DNA from: the human T2T-CHM13v2.0 reference genome, Homo sapiens
Strand: one strand, 5' to 3'
NCBI RefSeq assembly: GCF_009914755.1
Contig: NC_060947.1
Length of the DNA stretch: 64,000 nucleotides
Shown here: positions 12,343 through 27,200 of the stretch, one piece after another
Layout of the letters: each line of letters starts with the position of its first letter
Position numbering within the stretch: the stretch's first letter is position 1
Made by a program: the position numbers and the translations under genes
The notes under the pieces: generated by a model
Told to the model about the DNA's origin: nothing
Seen by the model: only the letters and a program-made list of their open reading frames with translations
The model's database searches: none

Positions 12343-15300
12343 AAGAGTGATTCCAATCTGCTCTATCAATAGGACTGTTCAACTCCATGAGTTGAATGCC
12401 ATCCTCACAAAGTAGTTTCTGAGAATGCTTCTATCTAGTTTTTATGTGAAGATATTTCCTTTTCCACCACAGGCCTCAAAGCCCTCCAAACGTCCACTTG
12501 CAGATTCTCGAAAAAGAGTGTTTCATAGCTGCTCTTTCAAAAGGAAAGTTCAACTCTGGGAGTTGAATACAAACATCACAAAGTAGTTTCCGAGAATGCT
12601 TCTGTTTAGTTCTTATGTGAAGATGATCCCGTTTCCAGTGAAATCTTCAAAGAGGTCCACATATCCCCTTGCAGATTCCAAAGAAAGAGGGTTTCAAAAC
12701 TGCTCCATCAAAAGGATTGTTCAACTCTGTGAGTTGAATGCAGTCATCGCAGAAAACTTTCTGAGAATGCTTCTGTCTAGGTTTGATGTGAAGATATAGA
12801 CGTTTCAAACGAAGGCTACAAAGTGGTCAAAATATACACTTGCAGATTCTACTACAAGGGTGTTGCAAACCTGAACTATCAAAGGAAGGTTCAACTCTGT
12901 GAGTTGAATACAAACATCACAAAGAATGTTCTGAGTTTGCTTCCGTTCACTTATGGGAAGTTGATCCCGTTTCCAACGAAATCCTCAGAGAGGTCCAAAT
13001 ATCCCCTTGCAGATTCTACAAAACGTGTGTTTGGAAACTGCTCCATCATAACGAATGTTCAGCTCTCTGAGTTAAACTCCATCGTCACAAAGAATTTTCT
13101 GAGAGTGCTACCGTCTAGTTTTTATATGAAGTTCTTTCCTTTACTACCACAGGCCTCAAAGCGGTCCAAATCTCCACTTGCAGATTCTACAAAAAGAGTG
13201 TTTGCAAACTGCTCTATCAAAAGGAATGTTCAACTCTGGGAGTTGAATGCAATCATCACAGAGCAGTTTCTGAGAATGCTTCTATGTCGTTTTTAGGAGA
13301 AGATATTTCCTTTTCCAACACAGTGCTCCAAGCCCGCTAAATATCCACTTGCACATTGTAGAAAAAGTGTGTCGAAGCTGCGCTATCAAAGGGAAAGTTC
13401 AACTCTGTGAGGTGAATGCAAACATCCCAAAGAAGTTTCTGAGAATGCTTCCGTTTAGCTTTTAGGTGAAGATTATCCCGTTTCCAACGAAACCTTCAAA
13501 GAGGTCCAAATATCCCCTTGCGGATCCCACAGAAAGAGTGTTTCGAAACTGCTGTTTCAAAAGGAATCTTCAACTCTGTGAGTTGAAAGCAATCATCACA
13601 AAGAAGTTTCTGACAATGCTTCTCTCTCGTCTTTCTGCGAAGATAAAGGAAAAGGCTTTCAGGCCTTTTCCACCACAGGCCTGAAAGCGCTCCAAATGTC
13701 CACTTGCAGATTCTGCCAAAAGAATATTTCAAAACTGCTCTATGAAAAGCAATGTTAAACTCTGTGGCTCGAACACAAACATCACAAAGCAGTTTCTGAG
13801 AATGCTTCAGTTTAGTTTTTCTGTGGAAATATTCCCGTTTCCAAAGAAATCTTCAAAGAGGTCCACGCATCCACTTACAGATTCTACAAAAAGACAGTTT
13901 CAAAACTGCTCAATCAAAAGGAGGGTTCAACTGTGTGACTTGAATGCAATCATCACTCAGAAGTTTCTGAGAACGCTTCTCTTTAGTTTTTACGTGAACG
14001 TATACCCGTTTCGAACGAAGGTCAGCCAGTGGTCCAAATATCCACTTGCAGATTCTACAGAAAGAGTGTTTCGAACCTGAACTCTCAAAGGCAGGTTCAT
14101 CTCTGCGAGTTCAATGCATTCATCATGAAGAACTTTCTCAGAGTGTTTGTGTTTAGTTATGGGAAATTATTCCCGTTTCCAACGAAATCCTCAGAGAGCT
14201 CCAAATATCCACCTGCAGATTCTACCAAAAGTGTATTTGGAAACTGCCCCATCAAAAGGCATGTTCAGCTCTGTGAGTGAAACTCCATCATCACAAAGAA
14301 TATTCTGAGAATGCTTCCGTTTCCCTTTTATATGAAGTTCCTTCCTATACTACCGTAGGCCTCAAAGCAGTCCAAATCTCCATTTGCAGATTCTACAAAA
14401 AGAGTGATTCCAATCTGCTCTATCAATAGGACTGTTCAACTCCATGAGTTGAATGCCATCCTCACAAAGTCGTTTCTGAGAATGCTTCTATCTAGTTTTT
14501 ATGTGAAGATATTCCCTTTTCCACCACAGGCCTCAAAGCCCTCCAAACGTCCACTTGCAGATTCTCGAAAAAGAGTGTTTCATAGCTGCTCTGTCAAAAG
14601 GAAAGTTCAACTCTGGGAGTTGAATACAAACATCACAAAGTAGTTTCCGAGAATGCTTCTGTTTAGTTCTTATGTGAAGATGATCCCGTTTCCAGTGAAA
14701 TCTTCAAAGAGGTCCACATATCCCCTTGCAGATTCCAAAGAAAGAGGGTTTCAAAACTGCTCCATCAAAAGGATTGTTCAACTCTGTGAGTTGAATGCAG
14801 TCATTGCAGAAAACTTTCTGAGAATGCTTCTGTCTAGGTTTGATGTGAAGATATAGACGTTTCAAACGAAGGCTACAAAGTGGTCAAAATATACACTTGC
14901 AGATTCTACTACAAGGGTGTTGCAAACCTGAACTATCAAAGGAAGGTTCAACTCTGTGAGTTGAATACAAACATCACAAAGAATGTTCTGAGTTTGCTTC
15001 CGTTCACTTATGGGAAGTTGATCCCGTTTCCAACGAAATCCTCAGAGAGGTCCAAATATCCCCTTGCAGATTCTACAAAACGTGTGTTTGGAAACTGCTC
15101 CATCATAACGAATGTTCAGCTCTCTGAGTTAAACTCCATCGTCACAAAGAATTTTCTGAGAGTGCTACCGTCTAGTTTTTATATGAAGTTCTTTCCTTTA
15201 CTACCACAGGCCTCAAAGCGGTCCAAATCTCCACTTGCAGATTCTACAAAAAGAGTGTTTGCAAACTGCTCTATCAAAAGGAATGTTCAACTCTGGGAGT

Positions 15301-18300
15301 TGAATGCAATCATCACAGAGCAGTTTCTGAGAATGCTTCTATGTCGTTTTTAGGAGAAGATATTTCCTTTTCCAACACAGTGCTCCAAGCCCGCTAAATA
15401 TCCACTTGCACATTGTAGAAAAAGTGTGTCGAAGCTGCGCTATCAAAGGGAAAGTTCAACTCTGTGAGGTGAATGCAAACATCCCAAAGAAGTTTCTGTG
15501 AATGCTTCCGTTTAGCTTTTAGGTGAAGATTATCCCGTTTCCAACGAAACCTTCAAAGAGGTCCAAATATCCCCTTGCGGATCCCACAGAAAGAGTGTTT
15601 CGAAACTGCTGTTTCAAAAGGAATCTTCAACTCTGTGAGTTGAAAGCAATCATCACAAAGAAGTTTCTGACAATGCTTCTCTCTCGTCTTTCTGCGAAGA
15701 TAAAGGAAAAGGCTTTCAGGCCTTTTCCACCACAGGCCTGAAAGCGCTCCAAATGTCCACTTGCAGATTCTGCCAAAAGAATATTTCAAAACTGCTCTAT
15801 GAAAAGCAATGTTAAACTCTGTGGCTCGAACACAAACATCAGAAAGCAGTTTCTGAGAATGCTTCAGTTTAGTTTTTCTGTGGAAATATTCCCGTTTCCA
15901 AAGAAATCTTCAAAGAGGTCCACGCATCCACTTACAGATTCTACAAAAAGACAGTTTCAAAACTGCTCAATCAAAAGGAGGGTTCAACTGTGTGACTTGA
16001 ATGCAATCATCACTCAGAAGTTTCTGAGAACGCTTCTCTTTAGTTTTTACGTGAACGTATACCCGTTTCGAACGAAGTCCAGCCAGTGGTACAAATATCC
16101 ACTTACAGATTCTACAGAAAGAGTGTTTCGAACCTGAACTCTCAAAGGCAGGTTCATCTCTGCGAGTTAAATGCATTCATCATGAAGAACTTTCTCAGCG
16201 TGTTTGTGTTTAGTTATGGGAAATTATTCCCGTTTCCAACGAAATCCTCAGAGAGCTCCAAATATCCACCTGCAGATTCTACCAAAAGTGTATTTGGAAA
16301 CTGCTCCATCAAAAGGCATGTTCAGCTCTGTGAGTGAAACTCCATCATCACAAAGAATATTCTGAGAATGCTTCCGTTCGCCTTTTATATGAAGTTCCTT
16401 CCTATACTACCGTAGGCCTCAAAGCAGTCCAAATCTCCATTTGCAGATTCTACAAAAAGAGTGATTCCAATCTGCTCTATCAATAGGACTGTTCAACTCC
16501 ATGAGTTGAATGCCATCCTCACAAAGTCGTTTCTGAGAATGCTTCTATCTAGTTTTTATGTGAAGATATTTCCTTTTCCACCACAGGCCTCAAAGCCCTC
16601 CAAACGTCCACTTGCAGATTCTCGAAAAAGAGTGTTTCATAGCTGCTCTTTCAAAAGGAAAGTTCAACTCTGGGAGTTGAATACAAACATCACAAAGTAG
16701 TTTCCGAGAATGCTTCTGTTTAGTTCTTATGTGAAGATGATCCCGTTTCCAGTGAAATCTTCAAAGAGGTCCACATATCCCCTTGCAGATTCCAAAGAAA
16801 GAGGGTTTCAAAACTGCTCCATCAAAAGGATTGTTCAACTCTGTGAGTTGAATGCAGTCATCGCAGAAAACTTTCTGAGAATGCTTCTGTCTAGGTTTGA
16901 TGTGAAGATATAGACGTTTCAAACGAAGGCTACAAAGTGGTCAAAATATACACTTGCAGATTCTACTACAAGGGTGTTGCAAACCTGAACTATCAAAGGA
17001 AGGTTCAACTCTGTGAGTTGAATACAAACATCACAAAGAATGTTCTGAGTTTGCTTCCGTTCAGTTATGGGAAGTTGATCCCGTTTCCAACAAAATCCTC
17101 AGAGAGGTCCAAATATCCCCTTGCAGATTCTACAAAACGTGTGTTTGGAAACTGCTCCATCATAACGAATGTTCAGCTCTCTGAGTTAAACTCCATCGTC
17201 ACAAAGAATTTTCTGAGAGTGCTACCGTCTAGTTTTTATATGAAGTTCTTTCCTTTACTACCACAGGCCTCAAAGCGGTCCAAATCTCCACTTGCAGATT
17301 CTACAAAAAGAGTGTTTGCAAACTGCTCTATCAAAAGGAATGTTCAACTCTGGGAGTTGAATGCAATCATCACAGAGCAGTTTCTGAGAATGCTTCTATG
17401 TCGTTTTTAGGAGAAGATATTTCCTTTTCCAACACAGTCCTCCAAGCCCGCTAAATATCCACTTGCACATTGTAGAAAAAGTGTGTCGAAGCTGCGCTAT
17501 CAAAGGGAAAGTTCAACTCTGTGAGGTGAATGCAAACATCCCAAAGAAGTTTCTGAGAATGCTTCCGTTTAGCTTTTAGGTGAAGATTATCCCGTTTCCA
17601 ACGAAATCTTCACAGAGGTCCAAATATCCCCTTGCGGATCCCACAGAAAGAGTGTTTCGAAACTGCTGTTTCAAAAGGAATCTTCAACTCTGTGAGTTGA
17701 ATGCAATCATCACAAAGAAGTTTCTGACAATGCTTCTCTCTCGTCTTTCTGTGAAGATAAAGGAAAAGGCTTTCAGGCCTTTTCCACCACAGGCCTGAAA
17801 GCGCTCCAAATGTCCACTTGCAGATTCTGCCAAAAGAATATTTCAAAACTGCTCTATGAAAAGCAATGTTAAACTCTGTGGCTCGAACACAAACATCACA
17901 AAGCAGTTTCTGAGAATGCTTCAGTTTAGTTTTTCTGTGGAAATATTCCCGTTTCCAAAGAAATCTTCAAAGAGGTCCACGCATCCACTTACAGATTCTA
18001 CAAAAAGACAGTTTCAAAACTGCTCAATCAAAAGGAGGGTTCAACTGTGTGACTTGAATGCAATCATCACTCAGAAGTTTCTGAGAACGCTTCTCTTTAG
18101 TTTTTACGTGAACATATACCCGTTTCGAACGAAGGCCAGCCAGCGGTCCAAATATCCACTTGCAGATTCTACAGAAAGAGTGTTTCGAACCTGAACTCTC
18201 AAAGGCAGGTTCATCTCTGCGAGTTAAATGCATTCATCATGAAGAACTTTCTCAGCGTGTTTGTGTTTAGTTATGGGAAATTATTCCCGTTTCCAACGAA

Positions 18301-21300
18301 ATCCTCAGAGAGGTCCAAATATCCACCTGCAGATTCTACCAAAAGTGTATTTGGAAACTGCTCCATCAAAAGGCATGTTCAGCTCTGTGAGTGAAACTCC
18401 ATCATCACAAAGAATATTCTGAGAATGCTTCCGTTTGCCTTTTATATGAAGTTCCTTCCTATACTACCGTAGGCCTCAAAGCAGTCCAAATCTCCATTTG
18501 CAGATTCTACAAAAAGAGTGATTCCAATCTGCTCTATCAATAGGACTGTTCAACTCCATGAGTTGAATGCCATCCTCACAAAGTAGTTTCTGAGAATGCT
18601 TCTATCTAGTTTTTATGTGAAGATATTTCCTTTTCCACCACAGGCCTCAAAGCCCTCCAAACGTCCACTTGCAGATTCTCGAAAAAGAGTGTTTCATAGC
18701 TGCTCTTTCAAAAGGAAAGTTCAACTCTGGGAGTTGAATACAAACATCACAAAGTAGTTTCCGAGAATGCTTCTGTTTAGTTCTTATGTGAAGATGATCC
18801 CGTTTCCAGTGAAATCTTCAAAGAGGTCCACATATCCCCTTGCAGATTCCAAAGAAAGAGGGTTTCAAAACTGCTCCATCAAAAGGATTGTTCAACTCTG
18901 TGAGTTGAATGCAGTCATCGCAGAAAACTTTCTGAGAATGCTTCTGTCTAGGTTTGATGTGAAGATATAGACGTTTCAAACGAAGGCTACAAAGTGGTCA
19001 AAATATACACTTGCAGATTCTACTACAAGGGTGTTGCAAACCTGAACTATCAAAGGAAGGTTCAACTCTGTGAGTTGAATACAAACATCACAAAGAATGT
19101 TCTGAGTTTGCTTCCGTTCACTTATGGGAAGTTGATCCCGTTTCCAACGAAATCCTCAGAGAGGTCCAAATATCCCCTTGCAGATTCTACAAAACGTGTG
19201 TTTGGAAACTGCTCCATCATAACGAATGTTCAGCTCTCTGAGTTAAACTCCATCGTCACAAAGAATTTTCTGAGAGTGCTACCGTCTAGTTTTTATATGA
19301 AGTTCTTTCCTTTACTACCACAGGCCTCAAAGCGGTCCAAATCTCCACTTGCAGATTCTACAAAAAGAGTGTTTGCAAACTGCTCTATCAAAAGGAATGT
19401 TCAACTCTGGGAGTTGAATGCAATCATCACAGAGCAGTTTCTGAGAATGCTTCTATGTCGTTTTTAGGAGAAGATATTTCCTTTTCCAACACAGTGCTCC
19501 AAGCCCGCTAAATATCCACTTGCAAATTGTAGAAAAAGTGTGTCGAAGCTGCGCTATCAAAGGGAAAGTTCAACTCTGTGAGGTGAATGCAAACATCCCA
19601 AAGAAGTTTCTGAGAATGCTTCCGTTTAGCTTTTACCTGAAGATTATCCCGTTTCCAACGAAACCTTCAAAGAGGTCCAAATATCCCCTTGCGGATCCCA
19701 CAGAAAGAGTGTTTCGAAACTGCTGTTTCAAAAGGAATCTTCAACTCTGTGAGTTGAAAGCAATCATCACAAAGAAGTTTCTGACAATGCTTCTCTCTCG
19801 TCTTTCTGCGAAGATAAAGGAAAAGGCTTTCAGGCCTTTTCCACCACAGGCCTGAAAGCGCTCCAAATGTCCACTTGCAGATTCTGCCAAAAGAATATTT
19901 CAAAACTGCTCTATGAAAAGCAATGTTAAACTCTGTGGCTCGAACACAAACATCACAAAGCAGTTTCTGAGAATGCTTCAGTTTAGTTTTTCTGTGGAAA
20001 TATTCCCGTTTCCAAAGAAATCTTCAAAGAGGTCCACGCATCCACTTACAGATTCTACAAAAAGACAGTTTCAAAACTGCTCAATCAAAAGGAGGGTTCA
20101 ACTGTGTGACTTGAATGCAATCATCACTCAGAAGTTTCTGAGAACGCTTCTCTTTAGTTTTTACGTGAACGTATACCCGTTTCGAACGAAGGCCAGCCAG
20201 TGGTCCAAATATCCACTTGCAGATTCTACAGAAAGAGTGTTTCGAACCTGAACTCTCAAAGGCAGGTTCATCTCTGCGAGTTCAATGCATTCATCATGAA
20301 GAACTTTCTCAGCATGTTTGTGTTTAGTTATGGGAAATTATTCCCGTTTCCAACGAAATCCTCAGAGAGCTCCAAATATCCACCTGCAGATTCTACCAAA
20401 AGTGTATTTGGAAACTGCTCCATCAAAAGGCATGTTCAGCTCTGTGAGTGAAACTCCATCATCACAAAGAATATTCTGAGAATGCTTCCGTTTCCCTTTT
20501 ATATGAAGTTCCTTCCTATACTACCGTAGGCCTCAAAGCAGTCCAAATCTCCATTTGCAGATTCTACAAAAAGAGTGATTCCAATCTGCTCTATCAATAG
20601 GACTGTTCAACTCCATGAGTTGAATGCCATCCTCACAAAGTCGTTTCTGAGAATGCTTCTATATAGTTTTTATGTGAAGATATTCCCTTTTCCACCACAG
20701 GCCTCAAAGCCCTCCAAACGTCCACTTGCAGATTCTCGAAAAAGAGTGTTTCATAGCTGCTCTTTCAAAAGGAAAGTTCAACTCTGGGAGGTGAATACAA
20801 ACATCACAAAGTAGTTTCTGAGAATGCTTCTGTTTAGTTCTTATGTGAAGATGATCCCGTTTCCAGTGAAATCTTCAAAGAGGTCCACATATCCCCTTGC
20901 AGATTCCAAAGAAAGAGGGTTTCAAAACTGCTCCATCAAAAGGATTGTTCAACTCTGTGAGTTGAATGCAGTCATTGCAGAAAACTTTCTGAGAATGCTT
21001 CTGTCTAGGTTTGATGTGAAGATATAGACGTTTCAAACGAAGGCTACAAAGTGGTCAAAATATACACTTGCAGATTCTACTACAAGGGTGTTGCAAACCT
21101 GAACTATCAAAGGAAGGTTCAACTCTGTGAGTTGAATACAAACATCACAAAGAATGTTCTGAGTTTGCTTCCGTTCAGTTATGGGAAGTTGATCCCGTTT
21201 CCAACGAAATCCTCAGAGAGGTCCAAATATCCCCTTGCAGATTCTACAAAACGTGTGTTTGGAAACTGCTCCATCATAACGAATGTTCAGCTCTCTGAGT

Positions 21301-23600
21301 TAAACTCCATCGTCACAAAGAATTTTCTGAGAGTGCTACCGTCTAGTTTTTATATGAAGTTCTTTCCTTTACTACCACAGGCCTCAAAGCGGTCCAAATC
21401 TCCACTTGCAGATTCTACAAAAAGAGTGTTTGCAAACTGCTCTATCAAAAGGAATGTTCAACTCTGGGAGTTGAATGCAATCATCACAGAGCAGTTTCTG
21501 AGAATGCTTCTATGTCGTTTTTAGGAGAAGATATTTCCTTTTCCAACACAGTGCTCCAAGCCCGCTAAATATCCACTTGCACATTGTAGAAAAAGTGTGT
21601 CGAAGCTGCGCTATCAAAGGGAAAGTTCAACTCTGTGAGGTGAATGCAAACATCCCAAAGAAGTTTCTGTGAATGCTTCCGTTTAGCTTTTAGGTGAAGA
21701 TTATCCCGTTTCCAACGAAACCTTCAAAGAGGTCCAAATATCCCCTTGCGGATCCCACAGAAAGAGTGTTTCGAAACTGCTGTTTCAAAAGGAATCTTCA
21801 ACTCTGTGAGTTGAAAGCAATCATCACAAAGAAGTTTCTGACAATGCTTCTCTCTCGTCTTTCTGCGAAGATAAAGGAAAAGGCTTTCAGGCCTTTTCCA
21901 CCACAGGCCTGAAAGCGCTCCAAATGTCCACTTGCAGATTCTGCCAAAAGAATATTTCAAAACTGCTCTATGAAAAGCAATGTTAAACTCTGTGGCTCGA
22001 ACACAAACATCACAAAGCAGTTTCTGAGAATGCTTCAGTTTAGTTTTTCTGTGGAAATATTCCCGTTTCCAAAGAAATCTTCAAAGAGGTCCACGCATCC
22101 ACTTACAGATTCTACAAAAAGACAGTTTCAAAACTGCTCAATCAAAAGGAGGGTTCAACTGTGTGACTTGAATGCAATCATCACTCAGAAGTTTCTGAGA
22201 ACGCTTCTCTTTAGTTTTTACGTGAACGTATACCCGTTTCGAACGAAGGCCAGCCAGTGGTCCAAATATCCACTTACAGATTCTACAGAAAGAGTGTTTC
22301 GAACCTGAACTCTCAAAGGCAGGTTCATCTCTGCGAGTTAAATGCATTCATCATGAAGAACTTTCTCAGCGTGTTTGTGTTTAGTTATGGGAAATTATTC
22401 CCGTTTCCAACGAAATCCTCAGAGAGCTCCAAATATCCACCTGCAGATTCTACCAAAAGTGTATTTGGAAACTGCTCCATCAAAAGGCATGTTCAGCTCT
22501 GTGAGTGAAACTCCATCATCACAAAGAATATTCTGAGAATGCTTCCGTTCGCCTTTTATATGAAGTTCCTTCCTATACTACCGTAGGCCTCAAAGCAGTC
22601 CAAATCTCCATTTGCAGATTCTACAAAAAGAGTGATTCCAATCTGCTCTATCAATAGGACTGTTCAACTCCATGAGTTGAATGCCATCCTCACAAAGTCG
22701 TTTCTGAGAATGCTTCTATCTAGTTTTTATGTGAAGATATTTCCTTTTCCACCACAGGCCTCAAAGCCCTCCAAACGTCCACTTGCAGATTCTCGAAAAA
22801 GAGTGTTTCATAGCTGCTCTTTCAAAAGGAAAGTTCAACTCTGGGAGTTGAATACAAACATCACAAAGTAGTTTCCGAGAATGCTTCTGTTTAGTTCTTA
22901 TGTGAAGATGATCCCGTTTCCAGTGAAATCTTCAAAGAGGTCCACATATCCCCTTGCAGATTCCAAAGAAAGAGGGTTTCAAAACTGCTCCATCAAAAGG
23001 ATTGTTCAACTCTGTGAGTTGAATGCAGTCATCGCAGAAAACTTTCTGAGAATGCTTCTGTCTAGGTTTGATGTGAAGATATAGACGTTTCAAACGAAGG
23101 CTACAAAGTGGTCAAAATATACACTTGCAGATTCTACTACAAGGGTGTTGCAAACCTGAACTATCAAAGGAAGGTTCAACTCTGTGAGTTGAATACAAAC
23201 ATCACAAAGAATGTTCTGAGTTTGCTTCCGTTCAGTTATGGGAAGTTGATCCCGTTTCCAACGAAATCCTCAGAGAGGTCCAAATATCCCCTTGCAGATT
23301 CTACAAAACGTGTGTTTGGAAACTGCTCCATCATAACGAATGTTCAGCTCTCTGAGTTAAACTCCATCGTCACAAAGAATTTTCTGAGAGTGCTACCGTC
23401 TAGTTTTTATATGAAGTTCTTTCCTTTACTACCACAGGCCTCAAAGCGGTCCAAATCTCCACTTGCAGATTCTACAAAAAGAGTGTTTGCAAACTGCTCT
23501 ATCAAAAGGAATGTTCAACTCTGGGAGTTGAATGCAATCATCACAGAGCAGTTTCTGAGAATGCTTCTATGTCGTTTTTAGGAGAAGATATTTCCTTTTC
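12343..23600 (-). repeat. Tandem duplication of a three-HOR block (6,171-bp period): U7-U9 vs U10-U12
   Basis: Rare variants recur at +6,171: GAGTTCAATGC (~14111/20282), GTTTCCCTTTT (~14322/20493), ATTCCCTTTT (~14512/20683), GTCATTGCAG (14800/20971), TTTCTGTGAATGC (~15493/21664), CCACTTACAG (~16100/22271), CCGTTCGCC (~16374/22545). End points are approximate. Confidence 0.85.
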
Positions 23601-24233
23601 CAACACAGTCCTCCAAGCCCGCTAAATAGCCACTTGCACATTGTAGAAAAAGTGTGTCGAAGCTGCGCTATCAAAGGGAAAGTTCAACTCTGTGAGGTGA
23701 ATGCAAACATCCCAAAGAAGTTTCTGAGAATGCTTCCGTTTAGCTTTTAGGTGAAGATTATCCCGTTTCCAACGAAATCTTCAAAGAGGTCCAAATATCC
23801 CCTTGCGGATCCCACAGAAAGAGTGTTTCGAAACTGCTGTTTCAAAAGGAATCTTCAACTCTGTGAGTTGAATGCAATCATCACAAAGAAGTTTCTGACA
23901 ATGCTTCTCTCTCGTCTTTCTGTGAAGATAAAGGAAAAGGCTTTCAGGCCTTTTCCACCACAGGCCTGAAAGCGCTCCAAATGTCCACTTGCAGATTCTG
24001 CCAAAAGAATATTTCAAAACTGCTCTATGGAAAGCAATGTTAAACTCTGTGGCTCGAACACAAACATCACAAAGCAGTTTCTGAGAATGCTTCAGTTTAG
24101 TTTTTCTGTGGAAATATTCCCGTTTCCAAAGAAATCTTCAAAGAGGTCCACGCATCCACTTACAGATTCTACAAAAAGACAGTTTCAAAACTGCTCAATC
24201 AAAAGGAGGGTTCAACTGTGTGACTTGAATGCA

Positions 24234-27200
24234 TTCATCACTCAGAAGTTTCTGAGAATGCTTCTCTTTAGTTTTTACGTGAACATATACCCGTTTCGAA
24301 CGAAGGCCACCCAGTGGTCCAAATATCCACTTGCAGATTCTACAGAAAGAGTGTTTCGAACCTGAACTCTCAAAGGCAGGTTCATCTCTGCGAGTTAAAT
24401 GCATTCATCATGAAGAAATTTCTCAGCGCGTTTGTGTTTAGTTATGGGAAATTATTCCCGTTTCCAACGAAATCCTCAGAGAGGTTCAAATATCCACCTG
24501 CAGATTCTACCAAAAGTGTATTTGGAAACTGCTCCATCAAAAGGCATGTTCAGCTCTGTGTGTGAAACTCCATCATCACAAAGAATATTCTGAGAATGCT
24601 TCCGTTTGCCTTTTATATGAAGTTCCTTCCTATACTACCTTAGGCCTCAAAGCAGTCCAAATCTCCATTTGCAGATTCTACAAAAAGAGTGATTCCAATC
24701 TGCTCTATCAATAGGACTGTTCAACTCCATGAGTTGAATGCCATCCTCACAAAGTAGTTTCTGAGAATGCTTCTATCTAGTTTTTATGTGAAGATATTTC
24801 CTTTTCCACCACAGGCCTCAAAGCCCTCCAAACGTCCACTTGCAGATTCTCGAAAAAGAGTGTTTCATAGCTGCTCTTTCAAAAGGAAAGTTCAACTCTG
24901 GGAGTTGAATACAAACATCACAAAGTAGTTTCCGAGAATGCTTCTGTTTAGTTCTTATGTGAAGATGATCCCGTTTCCAGTGAAATCTTCAAAGAGGTCC
25001 ACATATCCCCTTGCAGATTCCAAAGAAAGAGGGTTTCAAAACTGCTCCATCAAAAGGATTGTTCAACTCTGTGAGTTGAATGCAGTCATCGCAGAAAACT
25101 TTCTGAGAATGCTTCTGTCTAGGTTTGATGTGAAGATATAGACGTTTCAAACGAAGGCTACAAAGTGGTCAAAATATACACTTGCAGATTCTACTACAAG
25201 GGTGATGCAAACCTCAACTATCAAAGGAAGGTTCAACTCTGTGAGTTGAATACAAACATCACAAAGAATGTTCTGAGTTTGCTTCCGTTCAGTTATGGGA
25301 AGTTGATCACGTTTCCTACGAAATCCTCAGAGAGGTCCAAATATCCCCTTGCAGATTCTACAAAACGTGTGTTTGGAAACTGCTCCATCATAACGAATGT
25401 TCAGCTCTCTGAGTTAAACTCCATCGTCACAAAGAATTTTCTGAGAGTGCTACCATCTAGTTTATATATGAAGTTCTTTCCTTTACTACCACAGGCCTCA
25501 AAGCGGTCCAAATCTCCACTTGCAGATTCTACAAAAAGAGTGTTTGCAAACTGCTCTATCAAAAGGAATGTTCAACTCTGGGAGTTGAATGCAATCATCA
25601 CAGAGCAGTTTCTGAGAATGCTTCTATGTCGTTTTTAGGAGAAGATATTTCCTTTTCCAACACAGTCCTCCAAGCCCGCTAAATATCCACTTGCACATTG
25701 TAGAAAAAGTGTGTCGAAGCTGCGCTATCAAAGGGAAAGTTCAACTCTGTGAGGTGAATGCAAACATCCCAAAGAAGTTTCTGAGAATGCTTCCGTTTAG
25801 CTTTAAGTGAAGTTTATTCCGTTTAAAACGAAATCTTCAAAGAGGTCCAACTATCCCCTTGCGGATCCCACAGAAAGAGTGTTTCGAAACTGCTGTTTCA
25901 AAAGGAATCTTCAACTCTGTGAGTTGAATGCAATCATCACAAAGAAGTTTCTGACAATGCTTCTCTCTCGTCTTTCTGTGAAGATAAAGGAAAAGGCTTT
26001 CAGGCCATTTCCACCACAGGCCTGAAAGCGCTCCAAATGTCCACTTGCAGATTCTGCCAAAAGAATATTTCAAAACTGCTCTATGAAAAGCAATGTTAAA
26101 CTCTGCGGCTCGAACACAAACATCACAAATCAGTTTCTGAGAATGCTTCAGTTTAGTTTTTCTGTGGAAATATTCCCGTTTCCAAAGAAATCTTCAAAGA
26201 GGTCCACGCATCCACTTACAGATTCTACAAAAAGACAGTTTCAAAACTGCTCAATCAAAAGGAGGGTTCAACTGTGTGACTTGAATGCAATCATCACTCA
26301 GAAGTTCCTGAGAACGCTTCTCTTTAGTTTTTACGTGAACATATACCCGTTTCGAACGAAGGCCAGCCAGTGGTCCAAATATCCACTTCCAGATTCTACA
26401 GAAAGAGTGTTTCGAACCTGAACTCTCAAAGGCAGGTTCATCTCTGCGAGTTAAATGCATTCATCATGAAGAACTTTCTCAGCGTGTTTGTGTTTAGTTA
26501 TGGGAAATTATTCTCGTTTCCAACGAAATCCTCAGAGAGGTCCAAATATCCACCTGCAGATTCTACCAAAAGTGTATTTGGAAACTGCTCCATGAAAAGG
26601 CATGTTCAGCTCTGTGAGTGAAACTCCATCATCACAAAGAATATTCTGAGAATGCTTCCGTTTGCCTTTTATATGAAGTTCCTTCCTATACTACCGTAGG
26701 CCTCAAAGCAGTCCAAATCTCCATTTGCAGATTCTACAAAAAGAGTGATTCCAATCTGCTCTATCAATAGGATTGTTCAACTCCATGAGTTGAATGCCAT
26801 CCTCACAAAGTAGTTTCTGAGAATGCTTCTATCTAGTTTTTATGTGAAGATATTTCCTTTTCCACCACAGGCCTCAAAGCCCTCCAAACGTCCACTTGCA
26901 GATTCTCGAAAAAGAGTGTTTCATAGCTGCTCTTTCAAAAGGAAAGTTCAACTCTGGGAGTTGAATACAAACATCACAAAGTAGTTTCCGAGAATGCTTC
27001 TGTTTAGTTCTTATGTGAAGATGATCCCGTTTCCAGTGAAATCTTCAAAGAGGTCCACATATCCCCTTGCAGATTCCAAAGAAAGAGGGTTTCAAAACTG
27101 CTCCATCAAAAGGATTGTTCAACTCTGTGAGTTGAATGCAGTCATCGCAGAAAACTTTCTGAGAATGCTTCTGTCTAGGTTTGATGTGAAGATATAGACG

